The position numbers and the translations under genes are program-made. Positions 48,570-61,386 of a stretch of 64,000 nucleotides of DNA are shown piece by piece. This DNA is from Pelomyxa schiedti (taxonomy: Eukaryota; Protista; Evosea). The first letter of the stretch is position 1. Each line of letters opens with the position of its first letter. Under the pieces are notes generated by a model. The model was given only the letters and a program-made list of their open reading frames with translations. It had not been told where the DNA came from and ran no database searches. Location of the stretch: the NCBI GenBank assembly GCA_020536535.1, contig JAHLWZ010000694.1, positions 1-64,000 of the forward strand, written 5' to 3'.

Positions 48570-51500
48570 CTATTTCACAATCTTTGTTGGCACACCAACA
48601 ATTTTCTTCTACAGGCTGTTACACAGCACATAGAAAGGGATCATTACTGAGCTGGATACAGAATCCACAGCAGACAGCACTGTAAGTGTGAAGGAAGAGA
48701 AGCAGTTTGGGTCATATGTCGCCGGTACAACTGTGTACTGCGTCGATGTAGTTCTTTGTGTTGTCTTCAACTCCAAAGTGATATACTCGGAAAATTGTTC
48801 CGTGTGGGCCACTGGTGTCACACAGTCATGTTGTGAAAACACATACAGTCCCACAAATGGAGCATTAGAGGTGTCTGGGTTCCCACTACTAGTGTTGCCA
48901 ATATTATTTGCTGCAAGCATTATTGTTATTCCCGTGGAGCAGGCGCCAATATCCAACATGTAGGCAGGGTTGTTCCTCCAGCTGGAATTGTTCATGCTCC
49001 CGCCACACAACCCAGGGCCCCATCTGCCATAAATACAAAGTTCATGCCAATCGCTGGCTTCAGTGAGAGAAAGAGGAATTTCACTGTAAACAGTGATCTA
49101 GGAGGGAAAATGAGGGGTGATATCTGATAGAAAAAGGCAGACCTTGAAGTTGGCTTCATCACCAGGGTCGTGGGTACTGCACATAATGACGTAAGGGCAC
49201 AGAGAGGGGTGTAGTGTTACACTAAGTATTCTATCTCTCACATTGACATATTTAGTTTCGTCAACCACATTGGTTGACGAAATAGAAAGTGTTTTCCTTC
49301 CTGTAGTGTCCCCCTTTGACAGTAGTTTGGCACCAATGGTGTGCCGATAGACTGAGGCTTGCCCAAATTTGCGGTAATCACCTAGGCAAATTGTTATGAG
49401 GGAGCATCTAATCTAAGAAATACCTTGGGAGAGGATAATGAATACTTGGCATGGCTGGGACACTGTAACGTGGAATTGTGGATTTTTCACCCAGGTTGGA
49501 AAATTTGTACAACCACCAGCTGTATTGCGATCCCGCTTCCACTCTGAGAAGAGCGAAGTTTCATGCCATCCCGGGGGAATAGATTTGCACAGTGATATTC
49601 GATCGCATTGAAGAACAAATTCTTCCATAGGAAGGATAAAAGAGCCAGCTCCACTAGTATTGCAAAGTGCGAGTGGTTGGTAATTATACAGCCTTAAGTT
49701 TGGATATACCTTAAGTGGGCCAGTTGACTCGGCAGGGGGCGTTTGCAGTGAGCCGTTATAGAATCATCACCCCATGGGTCTCTTAATCTCACATATTGCT
49801 TTCCATTGATTTCGTGAATACTAATAATTCCATATGCATGATTCGGAACTAGTAAATGCCCACTCATGCTTGAAGGACTTACTGAGTAGTTTGATGTCCT
49901 CACGCATCCCATCATATACTCCTTTTCGAAGTAATGGACTAGTAGATGCCAAACAGTAACAGCTTCCAGCTTTCTTCCACTTTGTTCGTCGTGCAAATTT
50001 AAATTCATGGCAACACCTCCAGTAAGATCTACTAGAGCATCGCTGTCGTGCCCATTTTCCAATGCAATGTACGAGCCACACATTTTAGCATAAGCCTTCT
50101 CCAAGAGTGCCACCCAATCGAATTTGGCAACAGTATTCCTATTGTGTCCAAATAACGGCACACCGTAGTGTCCACAAGGTATCTGGTCATCCTAGGTGGA
50201 ATTTTCAGCGTACAATATGAGAAATTGTCTTGTATTATTTGGATAATTGAAATTAGGTTCCATGTAGCATTAGAAGAAATCAAACTTGCTGAAAACCGCC
50301 ATACAACGATAATTTTCACCCAGACTCTATTACGGAAGAACTTAATAACAAATAGGCCTAAATCAGGTCTGCTCCCTGCAAATAGGGACTTTAAGCGGTC
50401 GGGCTTTCCCGCCATAAGGGAGAATGCACCCCTGTGAAAAGTAAATTCATGCATGGAGGATATTACATACAAAAGCCAGCAGTTACCAAGAGCACCTTGA
50501 ACTGGAATTTTTTAGGGTAGAAATTACTACAAGAGGAACAAACCTGGGCCATCGTCACTCGAAATTTGCAGACAGTCAGTTTGGGGTGGAGAGGGGAATT
50601 TAGAGCTTTTTCCTCTAATATCAGAGAGTCGCTGCCAAGTTACACTTGGAAATGAATGTATTTTTTCCTGGTAGTAGAAGAGAGTGAAAAGGTGAGGAAA
50701 AAACGGTTAACATACAGTCTCTAATCCAACTAAGGACTCCTCAGTGGCTGGGAATAACGGGTCCTGGAATTTCGTTTTTGTTGCGATACACTGGGAAATA
50801 ATGTCATTGAGTGCTGCAGATTGTTGTACTATTTTTGTATAGTACGTTTGCTGCTGAGGAATAGGTTTTTGGAGTAATAGTGACGTCCCACTTGGAAGGG
50901 GTGGTGTTACACATGGAAAGAAGGGTGGTGATGTAGGGGGTGGTGAAATACCAGGTGCAAAGAGAGATGGTGAGGTGGGTGGTGTAGTGCCAAATGAAAA
51001 GATGCCTGGAGAGATAGGTAGGGGTGAAGTTGGTAATGGTTGAACGGGACTTGGAGTGGTGGAAGGTGCAGTATTTAGATTAAATGATACAGGTGAAGAG
51101 CATGGTGTGAAGATGATAGGTGTATTCTGCGGGGGAGGTGATGTACCTTGACATGGAGATTGTACAGCACTTGGTGCGGACAATGTTGAATAAAGTGCTG
51201 GGGAGTTGCATACAGGTGTAGGATTTGGGGGAAATGGTGAAGTGGGGTGGTAAAGTGGGGATGCAGTACTTGGAGCTCTTTGTGTTGCTTGATTTGAGGG
51301 TGATGTACCAGGAGAGTAGGCAAACTTATCTGTATTTTGTGTTGCGGAGAAATTGTGCAGACCAGGAAAGAGTATGGGCGTTGGAACTGTAATGGGGTGA
51401 GTGGGTGGAAGTTCTGAGACTTGTGGTGGGAGAGGCAATGGCTGAGATGACAGTGGGGCCGGGAATGAATTCGCTCTCATCAATGGGCTTGCATTAGCCA

Positions 51501-51986
51501 CGGGTAGGGGAACCGGGATGGATGGAAGGCTCTATTATAAAACAGTAGATAAATAAGCGAAAGCAGGAGAACATTACCGAAACTAACCTTGCGCAAGTCC
51601 ACAGAATTGGTGGCAGAGAGCGACTGAGCTCTCCTTTTTTTGTCAATGGACTCCGCCAGAGCCAAACACCTCCTGCATAGATCCCTCACAAATGTTTTCA
51701 TATCCTCATTCGAGCTGCTCTGTTGCGGTTGAGATCCAGATCCACCGCCGTTTCCCTGTATCACTTGGTTACGTTGCTGCTGCAGCCGGCTGTTTGTGCC
51801 CAGATTTGTTGCAACTATTGCATACGGCGGAGCAGAAAGTTGTTGGGAGAGAGAAAGGAGACTTTCGCCGGTCGATACGAAACTGCTGTACGCGCGATCT
51901 AGATCGCCGGAGTTTTGGGCCACAACTGCAGCTTTGTACTGGTCAAACAACCGCTGTAGATCTTGCTGGTATTGCTGCTGGTGCAT
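48570..51986 (-). CDS. Calpain-family cysteine protease (MIT-like N-terminus, Pro-rich linker, CysPc, two calpain-III domains; CAPN7/PalB-like)
   Basis: KFQDPLFPATEESL, QGALGNCWL, WVALLEKAYAKMCGSY..LENG, ALVDLTGG, NHAYGI, RLRDPWG; domain III motifs TAGGCTNFPTWVKNPQF and CGGSMNNSSWRNNPAY. Confidence 0.88.
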
Positions 51987-52267
51987 CTTTCGTTGTCTTG
52001 CTGGTTTTGTTTTTTGGCTGTTGCGTTTCTTTCTGGAAAAAGCACTCGAGTTGAATTTTTGACATTTCCTTAACGAGGTTGTGTGCTTTGATCGATCTGT
52101 GGGTTGAAGTTACAGCTCTCTGTCCTTGTACCGTGCAGAGCCACCGGCGAGTACGAACGAGATGTGTGCAGTTTCCCAGATGCAAGAGTCAAAGATTAGG
52201 GGTACTGGCCCGGAGAGGTTTCTGTATTATCAACGAATTCGAAAACAAACTGGCAGTTATTTAAACA

Positions 52268-55200
52268 ATGTACGCCGACGAACTTGGTGACACAGCGCCG
52301 CTGGGCGTACCGTCGCGGGAACGTATGAGGACAGTGTGGAGCGCTCCCGGTGATGGGATGTTCACTCAAATATGCCCCGTATGTTTTGTTTTTTGTTTTT
52401 TGTTGTTTTTTTTTTGTGGGGGGCACTTTGTTCAATTTTGGTGTAGGTTTCGTACTTTAGCAGTTTGTTGGATGACTATTCTCTTGGTTTTGCGGCAATC
52501 AAGACCTACAAGCACATGTTTCGGTCTGCCAAATCTTATCAGAAATGGTTGTTCGTAACCCCCACCTGTCCAGTATGTTTATCCTTCCTTGGAAAATTTG
52601 GTGAAATTCAAAACCTGCCACAGGGGGAGAAACTGTTTGACTCGGTGGAATTTGAGGGCACAAGGTCTGTAGCAATTGCAACCGGGCGATCAGAGTACAG
52701 CGGCTCAGTCTTTAACACTAAAACTGCTTATGTTACAGTTGCCTCCTACAAGAAAACCCCTTCATTAAGCTTTTACAATGTTAATGGTATGCAAGTTATA
52801 ACCGCCCTCAATTGATCAAAGATAAAAAAACAGGACCTGATAGCCACAACCCAAAACCCTATCTCACTCTAGTGGGAAGAACGGAAATAGCGGGTGATTA
52901 TTCAAATCATCCTCTCACGGCCACAGTAGACGTACGATTTCGCCCAGATGACAACGTTGTTGGCATGTCAGTTGATGATGCTTGGTATTACCTGCAAGTA
53001 CGTGCCCCAGAATCTGCCGCTATTAACGGTCTGGGTTCCCCTGTCCAAGCCGACGTGAGATATAATCTTTCGGTTTCTGAGGGTGGAAACAAGTCAGCAG
53101 TCATCAATAGTTTTGACATGAATAAAAGAAACCTTGTACTTGCTGGAACTTTTGGAGTATCGCAATATGATATCGAAACCAAAACCGAGTGCCGAAGATT
53201 GTCACATTTTCTTCCCCAACAGTGCCGGTTGGTTGATACCCTCCAATTTCTAGTGATCAATCGTACAAAAGGATTTGGACAAAGTTCTCTCACTTCTGTT
53301 GTGTGAGTTGTGACAGCGTATTGCATTTTCTCGATTTTCGCGATAGAACTTCATGTGTTGGGACTTATCCTCACACTAGTGCTGTTTCATGGTTTTCATT
53401 CGAGTCTTCTCATACAAGTCTCGATTGCCTTTCCTCTGTAACAAGTGAGGGCCTGTACATCTGGGACATGAGGCAGACGCGCCCTGAGGAAATCACCAAA
53501 AGCCCATTTAGTTGCTGCGAGTTTCAAAATACTCTTTTTGCATGCCATGAGACTGGAATTCATGAATTGAACGATCCGTTCGAGTCAGTCCCACGTGATT
53601 CACCCCGACCGTTTCCCCTTGTTACAACCTTTAGTGAGCATAATCCCTGTTTCGCCTTGTTAGTTGGCAACTCTTCATATGGGAACTTCCACCTACAAAC
53701 CCCTTCAAATGATGTGCATGACTTGAAGAGTAGATTGGAAGTCTTTGGAGGATTCAAATGCGACATAGCAACAGAAGTGACTCTGGAGCAATTTGATCAG
53801 GAGTTAGACAAATATGTTCTTCGTCTCACAAAATCTTCCTCACGAGCTATTTCACTTTTCTATTTCTCCGGCCATGGTTATCAAGACCCCTCAACTTCGC
53901 AATGGTTGGAAATGCTGCCACCTCCAATGGCAACTGCACCCTCCAAGAATGACCATATTGACAGATCTATTTCCCTTCAATATATAGTGAGAAACATAGA
54001 ATCTGTTGCCTCAGTGAAACTGAGTATTGTAATAGTTGATTGCCCACGAGAAGTCCTGAGCAGTGTAAAACCTGTGCCTACAGCTACCTCACGTCTATCA
54101 TTCATAAGCCCAAAAACGATTATCCTTTATGCCTGTGCTCCAGGTATCCTACTTAAACAAAAGTTAATCTAATGTGAGCAAAAATCTAGGTGCCAAACCC
54201 AACGAACCTGAAGATCTATTTATGAATTCCTCCCTCATACGCCGCTTAATTTCTGGTACCCTTTTTTTTGTACAGGTTTTTTTTTTTTTTGCAGTCAATC
54301 TGACAATGGGTCTCCACAGTGACTGATTTGCACCCCACACTGGGCGTTATTGACGCATTCAAAATGATTATCAACCCCCCTGTAATGGAAGTTACTACCT
54401 CGCAACCTGTCAATTGCTCCATATGGTGTAATTATATGGAGTTCAAGCGGGGCTCTGACTGGTCAACACTGATGGAAACGTCATGGTTTTCAGTTAGTTG
54501 TTGCCTTGCAAAAGCATTCAAAAAGAGTTGGCTGGCAGTGCCATTTCAGTTACCGCAGTTTAAGTATCTTGAAGATGCGTTTGACAGAGTTCTACATGAC
54601 CTGCCAGCACCACGGTCCCACCACTTACTCACATTGTTGGAAGGTGAGAAAAATAAGTTAGACACTGTCCGTAATCTGCAAAAACAACTGCCTGAGTGGC
54701 TCCAGTGGTGCTCCATTGCATTTGCACGGAGGATGTGGATTTTTGTGACGCTAAGAGCAATTTCTGGCATTGATTCAATATCTATCTGCGAAGTAAACCA
54801 CACAGGAAGCACATCAGGAAAACATCAACCAGGAAGATTAGTCTTTGAAAACATGTCTGCTGTTCTTTCTTTGGATTTTGACTTCTTATTTCGCCGAGAT
54901 TCTGACTCTATCGTGTTCTCTAAAGATAAAAACATCATCTTCCAAGAGCTGGACGCCTTAATTGCCTCTGTTGTGAGAGTAACCACAGACCCTGAAGACC
55001 AAAGACGTTTAAGTACTCCTGGGCGCATCTCCACGCCAACAGCAAACCTCTTGCAGTCCTGTATGGAATATCCAAATAGCCCCTCTCCCCCCACCACCTC
55101 GAGGGCCCCTTCAGTAAGGCGTTTACCGCCAACTCCCCCTAAAACTTCCTCACCAAGGTACTCCCTTCCAATTCCGCAGAGTTCCCCCACCAATCTCTAC

Positions 55201-56837
55201 TCCAACTCTTCCTTTACTTTGAAGCATTCCATGGAGGGTGTTTGCCGTGGCGCCGGTATGCCAGCACAGTCACCCAAGGAATCATCAAAAATATCTAAAA
55301 GTACATCTGAAGTGTTATCTACTCCACCCATAGTATGTGCAGTTTTCTTCTCAACACATAAAGTATAATTTTACTCCAGATTCCGCCCGCAACAGGGTCT
55401 AGTGTAGTGGAAGTCTGTGAATGGCTTGAATCAATTGGCCTCACAGAATATATTGCAGCTTTTAAAGAAAACGCCGTAAATGGTCTTGCCTTCGCCGTTC
55501 TTAAAGAAAGTGACTTAACTCAACTGGGAGTGACCAAGATTGGCCATAAAAATCAATTGCAGTGTGCAATTACACAAGCACGTGCAACCTTACCAGCTAG
55601 TTTGATTCCCGAATGAAATAACGATGAATATAATAACTGTTAATCAGATACATGTCCTTCTCCCACTGTGGAGAGCACCCTTAGAAGGTGATTTGCCACA
55701 GCATCTCTTTTTAGTTTAACCAGCTTCAAGCCCCTCAACTGATAATGAGGCTAGTCGCATACAAGAACTGGAGGCTCAACTTCAACGCTTACAAATGGAA
55801 ACAAGTAAGCTTAATTTCTGGGAGCCTACTCATCAACACAGCTGCAAGGTGCCTGGGAGGGCCAGAACTTAATTATAAATGCTCGGCTTTTATTGTTGGG
55901 AACTCTGCATACAATCAATTTTCGTTGAACAATACCCTGAACGATGCTAAATGTATTTCAGAGGTAGCGGTTTGCTTCATTAATTCTACTAAACGGATGC
56001 AAAGTTCCTTGGCAACAAGTGCCATTTTGATGTTTCCTATCACACTGATGTAGCCACACTTGCTGATTTTGTTAATCTTCTGGAAGAATACAAGACAAAA
56101 CTGAAAATAAGCAAAAGGACCAACAAAGTACACCCCTAGGTGTTGGGTTGTCTCATACACTATTTAGAACGCAAGTATTTTTTATTTTGCTGGTCATGGA
56201 CGGCAAGTCAAAGGGCACAATTTCTTACTGATGACAAAAGAGGAATCTGCCTACACCGAACCCAATTTTGGCAAGATGAAATTCCAGGCACCGATGCTAG
56301 GAGATGTATTGGATGGTCTCAAACACCACTCTGAGTTAGTTATTGCTATTCTAGATGCCTGTCGTGAATCTGATTCCGAAGACAGAGATGAATTTAAAGT
56401 ATTCACCTCTATCTCATTGTTCGTTGTCTAAAATATTCATAGACACGTGGCTTTGGTTCTTCCAGCCAGCTTGCCAAGGAAGACTTCCCAAGTGGTTGTA
56501 TTGTGGTCTACCCAACCAGTCCAGGTATATATTCCCTAATCAACAAACTAAACAAAGAACCTAACAAATACGTGGCAGGGAAGGCTGCCCTGGATGCATG
56601 TAAGATACCTACGAAAAGGGATCACGGATTTTTCACTGGGTGTTTGCTGGATGGTTTCTGCCCTACCTCTATTTCGTGCAACTTACACACAACCCACTAG
56701 TTATCGAGAAAGCCCCACCAGGGAAGCCATTCAGTGATATAATTGATGAGACAATTACCCTTGTACAGTCATTATCCGGCGGTTCACAGACTCCTTGGTT
56801 ATCCAAGAGTGTGGGGCAGAGATTTGCCTTGTTCTAG
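52268..56837 (+). CDS. Multidomain caspase-like (peptidase C14) protein: WD40-like region, degenerate C14, SAM, intact C14
   Basis: WD-like VLHFLDFRD and GLYIWDMRQ. C14 #1: ALLVGNSSY...NDV, FYFSGHG, IVDCPR. SAM: VCEWLESIGLTEYIAAFKENAVNG...LTQLGVTKIGH. C14 #2: AFIVGNSAY...NDA, FYFAGHG, ILDACR, HGFFT, QTPW. Confidence 0.75.
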
Positions 56838-56957
56838 CCTGCAATACCCAAACTTATGTTGGCTAATACTAACGTATTGAATTTTTGGCACTAAACAAAA
56901 TTGCGCGTGGGCTAAGTACTTAACAATTTTTGTATTTAGAGTCAGACACAGTTTAGT

Positions 56958-58844
56958 TTAGAATTTGTTGTTTGGGTTCAGGTTGGGAGTAGCAGCTGAG
57001 GAGGATCTTGGTGTGGGTTGAACTTGAGGGGTAGGGGCTTGTGGTGTGGGTGCTTTGAATGGTGTTGGGGTGCTTCTTCCAGTGAGAGAGGGTGTTGTGA
57101 CGATTGGGGTGCTGTATGAGGCACGCAGTTGAGGATCAGCAATCTTTCCTAAGCGGTTCATAAGTGAGTGCCCAGCCGGAGAGAGTGCTCCAAATCGGGA
57201 ACTCGGAGTGGATGGAGTTGCCATCCGAAACGGAGAGGAAGGTCTACGTTCAAGTTAGGAGTTGAGAGCAATTGCTAGTAGGAAGGATATACTTTGTTAT
57301 CGTTTGCAGTCGAAGATTTTGTGCTCTTTTCTCGGTCAAAGCAAGAGCAATTTTTTCTCGTTGCGGGGGCTCGGGTACCTTGAACCTTGGACCTGCAGAT
57401 GTTAGTGAGGTAACAAACAATTGGATTAATACCAGGGGTTGTGTCGAGTGGTGTATCAGTTGGATCCAGTCTAAGGGGCGTTGCAGCGATTTTACCCCAG
57501 GTTGTGAGGGGTGAGTCCCCAGGGGCTGGTGAAGGTGTTGCAACAAATGAATAGCCTCCAACCTTTGGTGATTTCCCTGTTAGATCTACAAGATAAAAAT
57601 GAATATTTGCTTATCCATTCTGGATTTGATACCATCAAGATCGATCTGCCTTCCTTCCTGTTGTTTTCGGCGTCTTTCACCAAATTGTTCTTCAGACGTT
57701 GTAACCATTCCATAGACATGCTCTGTGTCACTCTGGAAAAGAAAGTTAGTGAAGCTCCTCATGAGAGAAAGAATACTTCTTCCGGCTTGGTGTGATGCAC
57801 TTTTCCAATAATTCTAGTGTTGGAATACTTTATTTCTTTCTGTGGCCCCGTCATCAATTCTTCCAGCTCCTTGGCAGTCAAAGGTTGCTAATTTGGTGTT
57901 AGACACATACTGTGGTGACGGAAGAACAAGCACGAAAACCAGCCCCCCCTCCCCAAACAACCAACTCAACCATGGCGCACCCCAGAGGGTGTGTAAAACA
58001 GCTGGTTCTTTGGTTCATATGGCCAAGTCAAAAGTTGAACACTGTCCTTCTCGGCACCTTGCAGCAACAAAGCATCATTCTGTTTCTTGGTCTCCACCAG
58101 CCACAGAGCTTTAGAACGCCTTTTCCTGGAAGCTTTTTCGGAAAGCTTTTCAAAATCCGCATTATCCTCACTGGTATACTTCGAAAGGTAAGCATCAAGA
58201 TGTAAGTTGGTGTCAGCTACAGGTTCCTCACTATCACCATCACCATCGCCATCGCCTCCCAACTCGCCCTCCAAGCTTGTTGAAAAAGATGAAGACGATG
58301 TAGCACAAGGGCCTGTGTCTTGTTCGCGAATTGGTGTTTGTTGCAACGAATGTGAAGGAGTAGTAAAACTAGGAGTTCCTGGATGAAAATGAATCAATAT
58401 ACAAGCACTAACTCCAAAAGCAAAAGGGGGAGAAAAAAAAAAATAGTATCAATAAGAATAATACTATATAAGATCACTACAATTGAAGTCAACCGAACCT
58501 GAGGAGGCTTTTCGCACTTCGCTCGCCGCCCTAAGTTTGACTTCAACGGATCTCATTTTGCCAATGTCGTCCGCTTCCACCGCCTCGAGGTACTCAAGTC
58601 CCAGAGACAATTTTGTGTTGTCGGGGAAGAAGTCTCGTTGAATGATCTTCTCCATGCCCGTGACGTAGTCGTTTTCTGTCAGCACCTTGGGCTTCTTTGG
58701 GCTCCTGCAGAAGATCTTAACTCAACCGCCACGAGAAAAACCGCAGTGTTTTACAACAAGAAGACAAACATACGGAGCAACGGGGAGAGATTCCTCCTTC
58801 AACACTAGCGCCGTGTTCGACACCGGTACCAAGTCCTGCGACAT
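56958..58844 (-). CDS. ESS2: Splicing factor ESS2/DGCR14
   Basis: VLTENDYVTGMEKIIQRDFFPD, LDAYLSKYTSEDNADFEKL, WPYEPKNQLFY, DSPLTTWG, FKVPEPPQREKIALAL, LSPAG. Confidence 0.9.
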
Positions 58845-59359
58845 TTGTGAAAAAAATTAAAAACAAATAAAGAGAACAAGAAATTTTCCCTGGTCTCTCA
58901 CGCCCACAGAAATCCTTCCAAATCCTCCCCAAACTTCGTGCACTCCCCTGCTCACACTCTTGTAAAAATCCTCCCTGTTTTTTTTGCAGTCATGGGCCTC
59001 ACGAGGACGAAAATACCCTCAAAAGCTGTGGCCTCTGACAGTACAGCACATGTTTTGTTTTTAGTGGGGTGTTTTGTTTTGTTTTTCCCACTAAGAAAAA
59101 AGAAATTTTTGAGGGCCTTTTTTTATGTACACCTCAGGTGAGTGGGGACTAAAAAAAATTGGTGGAGAGCCCCATTTTGCATCTTCCCGCTCTGTCATGT
59201 TAGGAAAAGTGAACAAGAGCTTATGGTCCTTATCCAGTGCCTTGATGTGTCTCTTTTCATTCCATTAGAGAGTGTTTGATGTTTGTCTACTACATACAGG
59301 AAACATTGCAAAGGACTTTTCACGACAGTTCTTCCATGAATCGTTATAAAAAAGTACGT

Positions 59360-59819
59360 GGAACGTGGGTTCACTCCGATGCGGGTATATGATAGCACCG
59401 CCGAACGTCAATTTGTCTCTGGGCCACTTCTGTGAATATAGCCGGTGTTTGTAGGCTCAACAACGTCGAAGGGAAGGCAGCGGCACCTTTGGCGCGGGAC
59501 TTGTCCTCTCGGAGGCATATCAACAACACCATGGCACTCGAAAATCAGGCAGTGTGCCAAGTGCTGGTCCCTGAGCGTGCGCGCACGTCGATTGTCGCCA
59601 CACGCCCTCTGCAGCATCGGAACCTTACAGCACGCGTCGACGTAGTTCAGCGCGACGCCGAGCGCGTCTGCAAGCTGGGGCCCCGTCGCCACCGTCCCTG
59701 GTCTTGAGCACAGCCTGGCCGCTCAACGTGAGCGCCGCCCGCCAAACGACGTCCACGTCCTCGCCCCCCTCGCTCGTCGGCGACCGGGGAGATGGTGGCA
59801 TTGGTGGCGACCTCGCCAT
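59360..59819 (-). CDS. Possible small hypothetical protein (GC-rich segment)
   Basis: GC-rich stretch with an ATG at 59819 preceded by an A-rich leader like neighbouring gene starts. Reading frame not resolved. Confidence 0.25.
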
Positions 59820-59948
59820 TGGGTGCCGCTGCAGCAGCTGTGGTTGTTGCCCTTCGTAACTAAGTCACTTCGTTGCGCTCGTTTTTTTTTTTTTTTTTGG
59901 GCGATCAAACATCTCCGAAATCTATTCCAGATCGAAGGTGACGCGGAG

Positions 59949-60973
59949 ATGCAGGCTGTCGTAGATCCACATGAAGGCACAATAGTTAACCATTGTTCGT
60001 TTACGTCTTTTCTCTAACATTCTTCCCTCTTCTCTCTGTTCTTCCCTCTTGTTTCCTCTTTTTTTTTTTTTTTTTTTGTGGTTGTTTTAACTAACCGACC
60101 AACGGTGGCATGCACATCATTGCTCCGCCGTGGCGCTGCAATAAACGCGATATACACATGGTTAAGTGGTCACAGGAAAGTCCAAAACGGTCGATTGTTC
60201 AAATTCGCCTTCGCAGTCCCTTCCACCAAGCACGTTATCCAGCGTTACTGCCAAGACCATGACACTCAATGCGACCAACAGCAAAACTAATGCTATCCCT
60301 GCAGTAAGCAACACTACTAGTTCTGTGCCGGCGGCATCTACCACAAAACTGAAATCATACCGGAGCAGGAGAAGGTCACTATCACGCTCTCGCTCGCGGT
60401 CTAGGTCACCAAGGTCACGTTCTCACTCTCGCTCGCACTCACGGTCACGCCCACGTGTGCCCTCACTATCACCGCCGGTAGCAGCCACAACTCCCCCAAT
60501 ACCATCTTCTCCACCGGCTACATCCCCGGCACCAGCTTCAGTTCCTTCATCACCACCCCCTACTAGAGGAAGAAGTGATTCTTCTTCATCGTCCTCTTCA
60601 TCTTCGCCATCACATAAGAAACACAAGCATAAGCACAAGCACAAACATAAAAAGGATAAGAAAGACAAAAAGGACAAGAGCAAGAAGGATAAAAAGAAGA
60701 AAAAGGAAGTACCACAAGGACCGGTTCCATATTCAACAGTATGCTCTTCCCTCTGACCTTATATAACATTCACGGAACTCATCAACCCATACCACAAAAA
60801 ATCATCAACAGTACTTGCGGACAAAGAGTGATTCTGACTCGGAAGGTACCGGAAGAAGCCTCATTTCTGGCAGAAAAATCAAACTCCACCGGCACAAGAC
60901 CAAGAAGGAGAAAGTGGCCGATGCCAACCGCGGAGACTTACTCGAGTTTCTCAATGCACTCTACCAAGACTAG
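59949..60973 (+). CDS. RS/Lys-rich conserved hypothetical nuclear protein
   Basis: RSRSRSRSP repeats and a KHKHK/KKDKK tract; spliced C-terminus RSLISGRKIKLHRHKTKKEK...NRGDLLEFLNALYQD* resembles a conserved eukaryotic motif. Start uncertain. Confidence 0.6.
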
Positions 60974-61386
60974 GTCATGCATATGCCTTTGTCCACACCA
61001 TCACTGGAACCCAACCCATAATGCCAGTTTCCACCCTTTCTCCTTCCACCTTTTAACTCCTACGCTGCCTTGTCTGTGCCTTTCCGCATCCATTTATAGT
61101 CTTTACCCTTTCGCTCCCGGCTTTTTTTTAATCTTTCCGCTGAAAAACTCAACAGTATTACAGTAAAAGAATCAAACGGGACAAACAAACCAAACAACAA
61201 GACATTAAAGCCCTGCTCTCTTACCAAAAATTAAAAAATATCAATATAAGATCCCCAAGACTGCTGCCGCACGTACACCGGCAACACGCGCGAGTCTACG
61301 ACACGTGTGCCGTCTTGAACTACGGTGTTGTTTGTTGATTTATAGTGGTGGTTCTGGCTGGAGTCAGTTAGGGAGAGAAGGAAAAA

